Virus record (IMG/VR): IMGVR_UViG_3300042564_002063
Reading direction: 5' to 3' (one strand)
Length of the DNA stretch: 64,000 bases
Origin: an uncultured virus (IMG/VR IMGVR_UViG_3300042564_002063)
Taxonomy: Duplodnaviria; Heunggongvirae; Uroviricota; Caudoviricetes
The stretch's first letter is position 1. The number at the start of each line of letters is the position of its first letter. A program made the position numbers and the translations under genes. The notes below the pieces were generated by a model, which saw only the letters and a program-made list of their open reading frames with translations, had not been told where the DNA came from and searched no databases. This document shows positions 16,221 through 27,900 of the stretch, piece after piece.

Positions 16221-16241
16221 ATCAATCTTTCTTTATACCCG

Positions 16242-16314
16242 TAGTCCCAAGGGGATTCGAACCCCTGCTACTGCCGTGAAAGGGCAGCGTCCTAGGCCTC
16301 TAAACGATGGGACC
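16242..16314 (-). tRNA. tRNA-Glu(TTC)
   Basis: GGTCCCA/TGGGACT acceptor; loop CTTTCAC; TTCGAAT. Confidence 0.93.
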
Positions 16315-16318
16315 TAAG

Positions 16319-16392
16319 CGACTCCGATGGGACTTGAACCCACGACCCCCACCGTGACAGGGTGGTGCTCTAACCTACTGAGCTACGAAGCC
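16319..16392 (-). tRNA. tRNA-Asp(GTC)
   Basis: GGCTTCG/CGGAGTC acceptor; loop CTGTCAC. Confidence 0.93.
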
Positions 16393-16468
16393 TTGAAGAG
16401 ATCTCAAATTATACCCGTTTGCAACCAGACATAAACCGCATCCACATTTCTGTGCCCGTAGATCTTTG

Positions 16469-16540
16469 CTGACCATCCTGGATTCGAACCAGGAACCTTA
16501 GAGTTAACAGCTCTCTGCTCTGCCGTTGAGCTAATGGTCA
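16469..16540 (-). tRNA. tRNA-Asn(GTT)
   Basis: TGACCAT/ATGGTCA acceptor; loop CTGTTAA. Confidence 0.93.
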
Positions 16541-16541
16541 A

Positions 16542-16632
16542 TGGTGTCCCTTGACGCACTGGGACTAAGCGTGAGGCCTTACTGCAGAAAACCTCAGAGG
16601 GGTCTGATCTACACTTTCGTGTTACAGGGACC
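16542..16632 (-). ncRNA. candidate tRNA-like ncRNA ending in ACCA
   Basis: GTCCCT/AGGGAC closing stem plus ACCA and three internal hairpins; lies between a TATAAT (16654-16659) and tRNA-Asn. Confidence 0.5.
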
Positions 16633-16654
16633 TGGTCTCCGCCAATCTATTTAA

Positions 16655-16828
16655 TTATACTAAAAACTTAACTACATGGCAACATGGATCTCCACCATCT
16701 TCCCATTCTTTTTCTTCTTCTTCTGTCATGTAGGAATCCCCGTCATGAGTAAAACAAAATGGATCTGAGACCCATCCTTTTTCAATACCAATAGCGAGCC
16801 ATTGGCTTAGGTCAATGTCTTTGTTAAT
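16655..16828 (-). CDS. small Cys/His acidic protein, probable ATT start
   Basis: Manual: INKDIDLSQWLAIGIEKGWVSDPFCFTHDGDSYMTEEEEKEWEDGGDPCCHVVKFLV*. Confidence 0.7.
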   Translation of the reverse strand: MNKDIDLSQWLAIGIEKGWVSDPFCFTHDGDSYMTEEEEKEWEDGGDPCCHVVKFLV

Positions 16829-16857
16829 GACAAACCCCTTCCATATTTGGTATTTAT

Positions 16858-16887
16858 ATTATACTCTATACAGAAGGGGCAAGTCAA
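16858..16887 (-). promoter_or_regulatory. SigA-type promoter
   Basis: TTGACT-N18-TATAAT on the minus strand. Confidence 0.75.
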
Positions 16888-16890
16888 GTA

Positions 16891-17163
16891 CTACTTTGAG
16901 TTTTTGTCTACCTTTGAGAACGCCTCGTTGATTTCCTGCATGCTTAGGTTGCCGTCATCAAGGAAGGCACGAGCCAACCTTTCAACAACAGTTGCAACTC
17001 CAAGTATACCAGCCATCAAAACTGCTGACAATAGGTCAATGCCAACCACAGCACCAGCACCCAGAACACTGAGGCTTGATGCGGCAAACACTGCCACGAT
17101 ACGCAACAGAACATTCTTCATCGTGGCCCAACCGCCAGATACTCCTAGTTCCTTTTCTTCCAT
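16891..17163 (-). CDS. small two-TM membrane protein (holin-like)
   Basis: Two hydrophobic helices, ARAFLDDGNLS..EINEAF. Confidence 0.7.
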   Translation of the reverse strand: MEEKELGVSGGWATMKNVLLRIVAVFAASSLSVLGAGAVVGIDLLSAVLMAGILGVATVVERLARAFLDDGNLSMQEINEAFSKVDKNSK

Positions 17164-17184
17164 TTTTATCCTACCTTTCGACGA

Positions 17185-17370
17185 TTACTCGTCATCCTTT
17201 TCATAGCGTAGTGGGAATGTAATTACCCATACGCCTAGAGTAATCCAGATAAGCATTCCAACCACATCTTTGGCTGAGCCTTCTAGAACTACCCAAGCTA
17301 CAAACATACCAAGCAGGGTCCATGCCTGATCGATGATGTCTTTAAACAGTGCTTTGATAAATTTAATCAT
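17185..17370 (-). CDS. small two-TM membrane protein
   Basis: QAWTLLGMFVAWVVLEGSAK; coupled to the upstream surface-protein gene. Confidence 0.75.
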   Translation of the reverse strand: MIKFIKALFKDIIDQAWTLLGMFVAWVVLEGSAKDVVGMLIWITLGVWVITFPLRYEKDDE

Positions 17371-19592
17371 TATGGTCTCCTTGCTGCAGCTGCTGCTGCT
17401 GTTGTTGCGGCTGCTGTTGCTGTCATAGCAACCTGGGTTACGATGACGGCTGCAATAACAACCTTTTCTGATTGCTCACGGACCTGTGGAGACATATCTG
17501 CTCCAGCATTTCCTAGGGCATTAAATACTTCTACCGCTGCCCCTGCAACATTTCCAATCAGTGGAATTGCTGCTAATTCTTCGTCTAGTATGATGTCATC
17601 TGCCTGAGCTACAACTAGCAACGCATCTAGAGCTGCCTCATACTCAGGGGAGCCTTGCTCTGCATCAGCAAATACTTCCATGGCCGCAGCGACAATCAAT
17701 GTTTGCTGCTCTTCAGTTAATAGCTGAGGCTGAATCTCTGCAAGCTCTTCTACAAGCCCCTCAATGTTTTCAGCAGAAATTTCTTCCTTTATCTCAACCT
17801 CATTTTCTGGTACAATTGTTTCAGGTTTTTCTTCGATAGGGGGTTCAGGTGAAGGTGAAGGCTCTGGCGTTTCTGAAACTTCTGGCTCTGGTTCCTCTGT
17901 TACTTCTGGCTCAGGCTCTGATGTTGGCTCTGGTGTGGGCTCTGGCTCAGGTTCGGTGGTAGGAGATGGTTCAGGCGTTTCTGTTGGTTCTGGTTCCACT
18001 GGGTCTGTTGGGGTGGGCTCTGGAGTGGTGGTCGGTGAAGGCTCAGGTTCCGTGGGCGTTGGTTCTGTCGAAGGTTCTGGGGAAGGTTCTGGACTTGGTT
18101 GTACTGGCTGGGGCGGTGTGGGTTCTGACGTGGGTTCTGGTGTCGGGACTACTGGGATACTTATCGTAGACTCAGTGCTTGGAGTTATATAGCTTGTATC
18201 TACCTCAATATTTAATACAACAGACAATCTCTTGTATGTTCCACCACAAGGATCTCCAAACACCCCATTGTCTGCTGCAATAGTTAATGAGTTAGTTGTA
18301 GCTGCTGCTTGTACGATAATCAAAGAGTCTACGGCATGGCAATCACTATCTGCACCATAAGAAGCAGACTCAATTCTATCAATCTTATATCCCTCTGGTG
18401 CTACATAGCTTAGAACGTTGCCTTCATTAACAATAAGAACTATCCTGTTAGGATCTGATGGCACTACTGGAGATTCTGTAGGCTCTGGAGATACCGTTGG
18501 AGAAACGCTAGGCTCTGGCATAGGAGCTGAAACAAACAAGCTTTCTGGACTAGATGGCTGAGAGTAAACAGCTAGAGTATCATTGTCTGATCTAACAGTG
18601 AAAGAGTATGTGCTGTCAAGTCCTCCAGTCATGACAAACATCTCTCTTGACAGATAGATATTGGTTTCAGTAGACGCTACCCCCCAACCTCCGTTGCCGT
18701 TCTGCCAGGATACAGCATACCTTTCTACCTGAGCATTAGACTGCTGTGGGGCATCCCATAGTATTTCTACATTGCCCTCTGGAAGCTGCCTCACTCTAAC
18801 ATTGGTTGGAGAGTTTAGGAATGGAGGTTCTGGAGAAACGGTTGGCGACTGAGTAGGTTCTGGAGATACGGTGGCAGACTCAGTTGGCTCTGGAGATACG
18901 GTAGGTGATGCTGTAGGCTCTGGAACAAATGGAGACTCTGTTGTAGGAACTGGAGACAGGGTTGGTGACTCGCTTACTTGCTCAATTCCATATGTTTCAA
19001 AGCTAACTATAGATCCATCATTAAGCCTGACACCTGTTCTTGTTTGACCATCATATGTTGGACCATCTACGCTATATGCCATTGCTACAGTACCGTCAGA
19101 AAGAATAGCTGCAGTAATAACGATGTTGGTTGGAAGCTGTGCGTTCTGTTGCCAAATAGGTCTAGCAGATATGTCTACCTGGAAGCCACCATCAGATGAA
19201 TTGATAACTAAGTGCTCATCAGATCTGGCGTTTGGATACACTACCCAGTCCATAGAGTACAATGAGATGGATGGAGTAGATGGATAGGTCCAATATGTTC
19301 CATCTGGCCTACCAAAAGTAATCACAGAATTAGTTGTCACATAAATATTGCTGAAAACTCTTCCATCAAAAGTAACGTCAACGGATAGTGGGATTTGATA
19401 TGAAACATCGTCACCACCACAAGCATTGATTTCTGTTACAACTGGGCTAGATGTTTGTGCCTGTTGAGCAGCAGCGACAGCTGCCTCTTGACCTGGATTT
19501 ACACAGCTGGCTTTCGCCATATCGGATATGCCAAATACTGGTAGGAACGCTAAAATTAGAGCAGCTGCAGCTCTACCTACTTTATTATTAAT
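17370..19592 (-). CDS. large secreted/surface protein: signal peptide, NIDO-like region, FN3, SUEL-type lectin, Pro/Glu/Thr stalk, C-terminal hydrophobic anchor
   Basis: The frame stays open 24 codons above the track ATG and encodes a signal peptide from ATT 19592; FN3 PTNVRV..ILWDAP..YSFTVRS; lectin SASYG..C..N.VFGDPCGGTYKRL; PEPT repeats. Confidence 0.75.
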   Translation of the reverse strand: MNNKVGRAAAALILAFLPVFGISDMAKASCVNPGQEAAVAAAQQAQTSSPVVTEINACGGDDVSYQIPLSVDVTFDGRVFSNIYVTTNSVITFGRPDGTYWTYPSTPSISLYSMDWVVYPNARSDEHLVINSSDGGFQVDISARPIWQQNAQLPTNIVITAAILSDGTVAMAYSVDGPTYDGQTRTGVRLNDGSIVSFETYGIEQVSESPTLSPVPTTESPFVPEPTASPTVSPEPTESATVSPEPTQSPTVSPEPPFLNSPTNVRVRQLPEGNVEILWDAPQQSNAQVERYAVSWQNGNGGWGVASTETNIYLSREMFVMTGGLDSTYSFTVRSDNDTLAVYSQPSSPESLFVSAPMPEPSVSPTVSPEPTESPVVPSDPNRIVLIVNEGNVLSYVAPEGYKIDRIESASYGADSDCHAVDSLIIVQAAATTNSLTIAADNGVFGDPCGGTYKRLSVVLNIEVDTSYITPSTESTISIPVVPTPEPTSEPTPPQPVQPSPEPSPEPSTEPTPTEPEPSPTTTPEPTPTDPVEPEPTETPEPSPTTEPEPEPTPEPTSEPEPEVTEEPEPEVSETPEPSPSPEPPIEEKPETIVPENEVEIKEEISAENIEGLVEELAEIQPQLLTEEQQTLIVAAAMEVFADAEQGSPEYEAALDALLVVAQADDIILDEELAAIPLIGNVAGAAVEVFNALGNAGADMSPQVREQSEKVVIAAVIVTQVAMTATAAATTAAAAAARRP
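17830..18150 (-). repeat. PEP(T/S) low-complexity coding repeats
   Basis: Many ggctctgg/ggttctgg units encoding PEPT/PEPS. Confidence 0.85.
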
Positions 19593-19656
19593 TTTGCATC
19601 ACTCCTGTTGGGGTAGCTGGAATGTATTATGATACTATTATACTGGCTTATATAAG

Positions 19657-19690
19657 ATAAAAGGGGCATGGCCGTAGCCACACCCCTCAT
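19657..19690 (-). terminator. intrinsic terminator after nrdF
   Basis: GGGGTGTGGC-TACG-GCCATGCCCC then TTTTAT on the minus strand. Confidence 0.75.
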
Positions 19691-19704
19691 ACCAAGCTAA
19701 AGAA

Positions 19705-22755
<3,051 letters not shown>

Positions 22756-22763
<8 letters not shown>

Positions 22764-23148
22764 ACAGTATTTCTAACCTCTCTTTTACTTTTTGTACATC
22801 GTGTTCTGTGCCAAATATTTCTACCCTGGCAACAATGGGCACTCCAGTTTTAGCAGAGATCATATCTGCTGCTTTGCAAAAATGCTCTCCAAAATTTGTG
22901 TTGCCAAATCCAACAACCCCCTGGAGAAGGTCCCTGTTATTTGGAACATTTAAAAAAGCTCTCACCTGTTTAGGAATAGCAGACCTGTCAGAGCCACCGC
23001 CATAGGTTGGAACGAATAAGACAAATGGCCTGTCCATCTCTACGGTGCCTGATTGAATTTCAATCCTGGTAGCTGGCATTCCTAATTTTTCTACAAATCT
23101 CTTAGTGTTTCCAGAATGATTTGAAAAATAGACAATGTCTATGGACAT
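22756..23148 (-). CDS. nrdI: flavodoxin NrdI
   Basis: [28 protein letters not shown]. Confidence 0.95.
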
Positions 23149-23183
23149 CTATTTTACTCCCTCTTTTTTGATCTGGTGACAAT

Positions 23184-23214
23184 AAAGGGGAAGAACTTTT
23201 GTCCTTCCCCTCTA
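23184..23214 (-). terminator. hairpin, probable terminator
   Basis: AGGGGAAGGAC-AAAA-GTTCTTCCCCT then TTATT. Confidence 0.5.
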
Positions 23215-23229
23215 TCATTTTATCACGAA

Positions 23230-24126
23230 CTACTTGATGAACGCAAGCTTCTGAGCCTTTGGCTTTCCAACGTTGTACTTCTTTACAAGCACGTTGTACT
23301 GCCACTTTAGCTTACGAACAACCTTCTCTAGGTCTGCCTTAGCAGTGTTTGCTGTGGCTAGATCTGCAGTCAAGGTTGCTACAGCAGCTAGAGCAGCACC
23401 AAGCTCTGCCTCAATGTTGCGTGGCTGGTTAACTGCAATAGTCGCTACAGCAGAAGAGCTAGCAGCAAATGCAGTTACAGTTACGTTACCAGTTGCTGGC
23501 AAGGTTACTACGTGGCTTACAGTACCAGAAGTGGTAGTGGTAGCTGTTGCAGTAGTAATAACACCGTTGGTGTTGATTACTAGATTAACAGTACCGCCAG
23601 ACTTTGCGTTGTTGTACTTGTCAAATGCAGATACAACTACAGACTGAGTTGAGCCAGCTAGACCAGTTGCTGGTGCAGCTAGTGCAACCTTAGCAAGGTC
23701 ACCCGCTGTTCCCTTTACATGGTAAGTTGTCTGAGTGTTACCAACAGTAACAACTACAGAACCTACAGCCGTGGTCTTCGTGAATACGAATAGCTCTACG
23801 CTTCCGCTAGTGCTTGCGTTTACGGTCAGAGTTGCTGAACCAGAAGCTGCAGTTGCACCAGTCAGAGTTGATAGTAGTAGTGCATTGGTAGCAGTTGCAG
23901 AAACGGTAGTGCCATTGGCAACTCCCGAAACAGAAATGCTCAATGCGTTTGAAGATGATACGTTATCTGCTGGGACTGGCAATGCAATTGCAGTAGCAGA
24001 AGTAGTACCACCAGTTGCCGATACAGTGGCAACGGTTAGTGTCTGGGTGTTAGCAGATGCTGCAACACCAGCTAGGCCTAGGGTCAATGCTGCGACCAGG
24101 CCAATTGCTAGCTTATTAAGCTTCAT
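23230..24126 (-). CDS. secreted Ala/Thr-rich Ig-like surface (S-layer-like) protein with C-terminal coiled coil
   Basis: Signal peptide MKLNKLAIGLVAALTLGLAGVAASA; beta-rich body with DKYNN; basic coiled-coil end. Confidence 0.7.
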   Translation of the reverse strand: MKLNKLAIGLVAALTLGLAGVAASANTQTLTVATVSATGGTTSATAIALPVPADNVSSSNALSISVSGVANGTTVSATATNALLLSTLTGATAASGSATLTVNASTSGSVELFVFTKTTAVGSVVVTVGNTQTTYHVKGTAGDLAKVALAAPATGLAGSTQSVVVSAFDKYNNAKSGGTVNLVINTNGVITTATATTTTSGTVSHVVTLPATGNVTVTAFAASSSAVATIAVNQPRNIEAELGAALAAVATLTADLATANTAKADLEKVVRKLKWQYNVLVKKYNVGKPKAQKLAFIK

Positions 24127-24148
24127 TGGTTTTCTCCTTAGTTTGAAT

Positions 24149-25924
24149 CTAGATTAGATCGAATCTAGCCAAGTATTCTTTGACATCATTTGGCATAGGC
24201 TTATATTTTATCACACCGTTAGTATTTTCGTCAAGGCTTTCTTTTGGCCTATCTCTAAATGTGTGAATGTCAACTTCAAGGTTAAGGTCTCTTGGTGTGT
24301 GAGATATGGCACCAAAGACTGCACCACACACGGCATCGGCAAGGTCCTTAGACTTTTTGCGAGGGTGGTCAACTTTATTGTTATTCATGATCTTAAGCTC
24401 TGTAAGTTCTTCGAACAAAAGATCAATCATTGGCATGGCCAGACGCTCTTCATAAACTAGCATAGCCATATCTTCATAGTGTTTCTTGGCAACAGAAACA
24501 GTTTCAGTTCTCATGCCTACCTGCTTCAGCTCATTCTGAATATCAAATGATTGCCAGCGGTCAAACGACACCATTCCAATATTAAATCCTTGTCTGCGTA
24601 AGTTTTGAATCCACTGCTTCACTTCTGAAAGATTTACTGGCCCTTCTGTTCTTGGTTCCCACCATGCAACGGCATCCACTACTACTACTGGAGCAATCTG
24701 CTGATAGTCCTTAAGTACCTGGATATTTACCCACTTGTCAACGTGAGCAATTGCGACTGCACACTTGTCATGCTTCTGTGCAAGGTCAGCGTGGACGTAG
24801 TAAATCTTATCTGGATCTGGTTTAAACGATTCGTCAAACCTCCTGATAGAATCTAAAGGATTACGAATTGTCATTGCAGCCTTGACCTTATCAGTCTGCT
24901 TAAAGAATCTATCAGACGAGAATGTTGGGATACACGCAAAGCGTTGCATGGCATCACCCATGTCTGTAAAGAACGCTAACTTAAAGTCATCAATCTTTCT
25001 TGTTGGGTTTACTACCCAGGTTGGTCTTTTTAGTGCAAACACACCAGGATACTTATAGCTTACGATAGTGTCTTCGTCCCATTCAATATCCAGGTAGTTC
25101 CCATCCTGAGTTTCTGGCAAGTCTGGATTCATAATAAATCTGTGAGTCTTTGCTACCACTTCTTTTTCTGCAATCGCAGCATCATACTTTGCAGAGATAA
25201 AGTCTCCAGGGAAACGTGGGAATGATAGGAGTGCAACTTTCCCAAGGTCTGGGAAACGAGAGTCTACAGAAGCACGGAAGGCTTTGTAGATATTGTCTGC
25301 CGTCTTACCCTGATCATTACCAGTTCCAACCTCTGTAGCAAATCCAGAGATCTCGTCAAGTACCGCAAGAATAAGGTTGAGACCCTCGTGTGACTCTCTT
25401 TCGGAGTGTCCTGAATAAACAGTGATAGACTTGTCAAATTCAATGGATTCTGCTTTTGGATTATACTTTCCAGCAAACCAAGGCGACCTCTCAATCTTAG
25501 TCTTAAAGCCTTTAAAGAATACATTTTTCGCTTGCTGGGCGTTAATCGCAACGTTAATAATGTCAATGGCATCGCCAGCAGGTTTACCAAAATACCGTGC
25601 AGGATCCTTAAGGCAAAGAAGTTTATAGACGATATAGGCACACGCAACTGTAGACGTAAAGTCTTTACCAGACCCCTTGCCCAGCTGAAGAATAACTTCG
25701 TTCTTAGTATACTTTTTATAATACCTTCTCCCCTCTGTATCGCCTAGAAGCTCAATAACGTCTTCTAGCTTATAGATCTGACTCATGGCCTCTACAATGT
25801 CATACTGCACGTCTGACAGCGGAGGCTGCCCAAGAAAGTCTTCACCTTCGACAAAAGTCTTTGCATCTACTGGACGCTCCTCAAAATTGTCAGACTTGAG
25901 TGCTTCTAAAAAATCATCAAACAT
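24149..25924 (-). CDS. terL: terminase large subunit
   Basis: Walker A LGKGSGKD, Walker B AVLDE, nuclease HADLA...FDRWQS...KDLADAV. Confidence 0.92.
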   Translation of the reverse strand: MFDDFLEALKSDNFEERPVDAKTFVEGEDFLGQPPLSDVQYDIVEAMSQIYKLEDVIELLGDTEGRRYYKKYTKNEVILQLGKGSGKDFTSTVACAYIVYKLLCLKDPARYFGKPAGDAIDIINVAINAQQAKNVFFKGFKTKIERSPWFAGKYNPKAESIEFDKSITVYSGHSERESHEGLNLILAVLDEISGFATEVGTGNDQGKTADNIYKAFRASVDSRFPDLGKVALLSFPRFPGDFISAKYDAAIAEKEVVAKTHRFIMNPDLPETQDGNYLDIEWDEDTIVSYKYPGVFALKRPTWVVNPTRKIDDFKLAFFTDMGDAMQRFACIPTFSSDRFFKQTDKVKAAMTIRNPLDSIRRFDESFKPDPDKIYYVHADLAQKHDKCAVAIAHVDKWVNIQVLKDYQQIAPVVVVDAVAWWEPRTEGPVNLSEVKQWIQNLRRQGFNIGMVSFDRWQSFDIQNELKQVGMRTETVSVAKKHYEDMAMLVYEERLAMPMIDLLFEELTELKIMNNNKVDHPRKKSKDLADAVCGAVFGAISHTPRDLNLEVDIHTFRDRPKESLDENTNGVIKYKPMPNDVKEYLARFDLI

Positions 25925-26450
25925 TGTGGACTACCGTTATTACCTCTTTGTCTTTGGCTACGCTAGATAGCCTACGCATAATCTCATCTCTAATTTCTGG
26001 ATGCTCGGCTGCAATGTCTTTAAGGATATTAACAAGAACCTCTTGCTTCCTTTCGATCTCAAGCATCTCTTCTGCTAGCTCTTTGTTTTCTAGTAGTCCA
26101 GCCTTCTGAAGCATGTCAATCCTGGTACGCTCTAGATCCATTACTAGCTTAATTCCTGCAGTCTTTGCTGTAAGATTAGCAGTAGTGGTAGCTTCATCGA
26201 TTACCTCATATGCTTTATTAATTAGTTTACTATAGTGGGTGTCTGCACCAACTAAGGCCTCCTTGGCACGTGCACGAATAGCAGCATTGTCTGCTGCCAT
26301 TGTACGCCATTCATTGATATACCCAACTACCTTTTGTCTTGGGATAGCCAACTCTTTAGAAATCTGGGTCTCTGGGGTTCCAGCAAGATACTTTTCAACT
26401 ACCTTGTTTACTGTATCAAGATGTTCTACTGTAAGGTCTTCAAACGACAC
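25917..26450 (-). CDS. probable terminase small subunit (HTH + coiled coil)
   Basis: N-terminal HTH; immediately upstream of terL. Confidence 0.6.
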   Translation of the reverse strand: MSFEDLTVEHLDTVNKVVEKYLAGTPETQISKELAIPRQKVVGYINEWRTMAADNAAIRARAKEALVGADTHYSKLINKAYEVIDEATTTANLTAKTAGIKLVMDLERTRIDMLQKAGLLENKELAEEMLEIERKQEVLVNILKDIAAEHPEIRDEIMRRLSSVAKDKEVITVVHNV

Positions 26451-26724
26451 GCTTTGCCCTCTTTCCTCGCTTTGGGATACGCTTTACTCTGTCTTGCTTA
26501 AAGGAACGGAATACTGATGATACCCCACCAATAATCTCAAAGCAATCAACCCAGGAAGCTCCTGTCAGGGTATTTGTGGTAATCCCCACAAACTTAAACT
26601 TGCTGCCCCACTCACCATTGATCTTGATGACTTCTCCAGCTTGGACAGGGAATCCGTTTATCTCCATGTATGGAACGGTCTCAAAGTAACTAGGTGCTAC
26701 CTCAGCATTTTTACGTCTAGCCAA
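26440..26724 (-). CDS. hypothetical protein (SH3-like beta)
   Basis: 94-aa ORF, WVDCFE...FRSF. Confidence 0.7.
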   Translation of the reverse strand: MARRKNAEVAPSYFETVPYMEINGFPVQAGEVIKINGEWGSKFKFVGITTNTLTGASWVDCFEIIGGVSSVFRSFKQDRVKRIPKRGKRAKRVV

Positions 26725-26881
26725 CAGTCTTCTCCACTTTCATTCTTTGTCCACATTTTGAACAGCTTGTATAAGTATACCCAGTAAACGGACAAGACGC
26801 AACCCTTGAGTCTGAATGCTTACAGGTTATTCTATTAATATGATATCTGATCACATTGGCAAAGTGCTTTATATATTTCAT
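26717..26881 (-). CDS. small Cys-rich protein (54 aa)
   Basis: Manual: MKYIKHF...CKH...SCPFTGYTYTSCSKCG...; ATGA coupling. Confidence 0.65.
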   Translation of the reverse strand: MKYIKHFANVIRYHINRITCKHSDSRVASCPFTGYTYTSCSKCGQRMKVEKTVG

Positions 26882-27039
26882 CGTCTAGACTTTCTTAATC
26901 CAAATTTTGCAAGATAGACATAAATAGTTTCTACGCTAGTCCCACATTCTTTTGCAATTTGCTCTGGCGTTTTCTTGTCTACATGAAATCGCTTCTTCAG
27001 CCATAGTTCATTTGTATATAGTTTAACAGATGGTGCCAT
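26878..27039 (-). CDS. small HTH DNA-binding protein (53 aa)
   Basis: Manual: KLYTNELWLKKRF...TPEQIAKECGTSVETIYVYLAKFGL. Confidence 0.75.
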   Translation of the reverse strand: MAPSVKLYTNELWLKKRFHVDKKTPEQIAKECGTSVETIYVYLAKFGLRKSRR

Positions 27040-27044
27040 TTTTG

Positions 27045-27620
27045 TCAATCCCCCAGCTTTTCCCAGTTACGCAATGAGTAGTGCCCAATGCCAATTGCAT
27101 CGGCAATATCGTTGTCATCGATGGATAGATCATAGTTTATATTAACAAAGTTTATAGTTCTTTGTTTTCTAATGTCTCTTTCCATTGCCTTATAATAACT
27201 CTTTGACTTTCCTGGATACCTAGAAACTATATCTAGCTTTTCTACCTTTGTCAATACTTTGTTGCCAATGAAGCTCTGCCAGGCAACTGGGTTCGTACCC
27301 TTAAACACCTTTACCCCAGCTAGAGATGCACCAGCAATTATTGCACCCTGCACCATGGACAACTCAGACATCGTCTTTGGGCTATTGATAAAGACTGCTC
27401 GTTCGATTACAAGAGCGTCCACGTTCATTTCTCTGACCACTTCATGAACAATCTGTACGGCACTTGATATTTTTTTGAAAACATCTGTGCCAACAAACTG
27501 AGCCTTACCAGATCTAACCAACCTGTCTCCCTCAAAGATTGCATATGCGATATTGTTTGTGCTTGCATCAATAGAAACAATCCTATTTGGCTTATTCACA
27601 AAGTTACTCAGATTTACCAT
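27045..27620 (-). CDS. RuvC-like Holliday junction resolvase
   Basis: VSIDAST, LVIE, DDNDIADAIGI. Confidence 0.82.
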   Translation of the reverse strand: MVNLSNFVNKPNRIVSIDASTNNIAYAIFEGDRLVRSGKAQFVGTDVFKKISSAVQIVHEVVREMNVDALVIERAVFINSPKTMSELSMVQGAIIAGASLAGVKVFKGTNPVAWQSFIGNKVLTKVEKLDIVSRYPGKSKSYYKAMERDIRKQRTINFVNINYDLSIDDNDIADAIGIGHYSLRNWEKLGD

Positions 27621-27900
27621 TGGCAAATCCTTTTAGCTCTTTTAATGCTTTCTTTACTTCTGCTGGATTAACCAAGCATTCGCTACAGAGCTCTTGGTCA
27701 TTATATGCAGAAAGAGGTATGCCACAGGACTTACACTTACGATCTTTTCCAAGTCGCTTTGTGCGTCGTTTCTGAGCATACCTCTGTGCTATCTTCTCTC
27801 TAGTTGCAGATTCTCTACAATCTGAAGAGCAGTATATCTGATAAGATACGTTGGTTTGGAATTGGCTATCGCACCAATCACAATGCTTGTGCTTCATCAA
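27604..27900 (-). CDS. Cys-rich zinc-binding protein
   Basis: Four CxxC-type pairs. Confidence 0.7.
   Translation of the reverse strand: MMKHKHCDWCDSQFQTNVSYQIYCSSDCRESATREKIAQRYAQKRRTKRLGKDRKCKSCGIPLSAYNDQELCSECLVNPAEVKKALKELKGFANGKSE

Noticed and set aside
17764..18192. Gly/Ser-rich plus-strand ORF
   Set aside because: Reverse complement of the PEPT repeats
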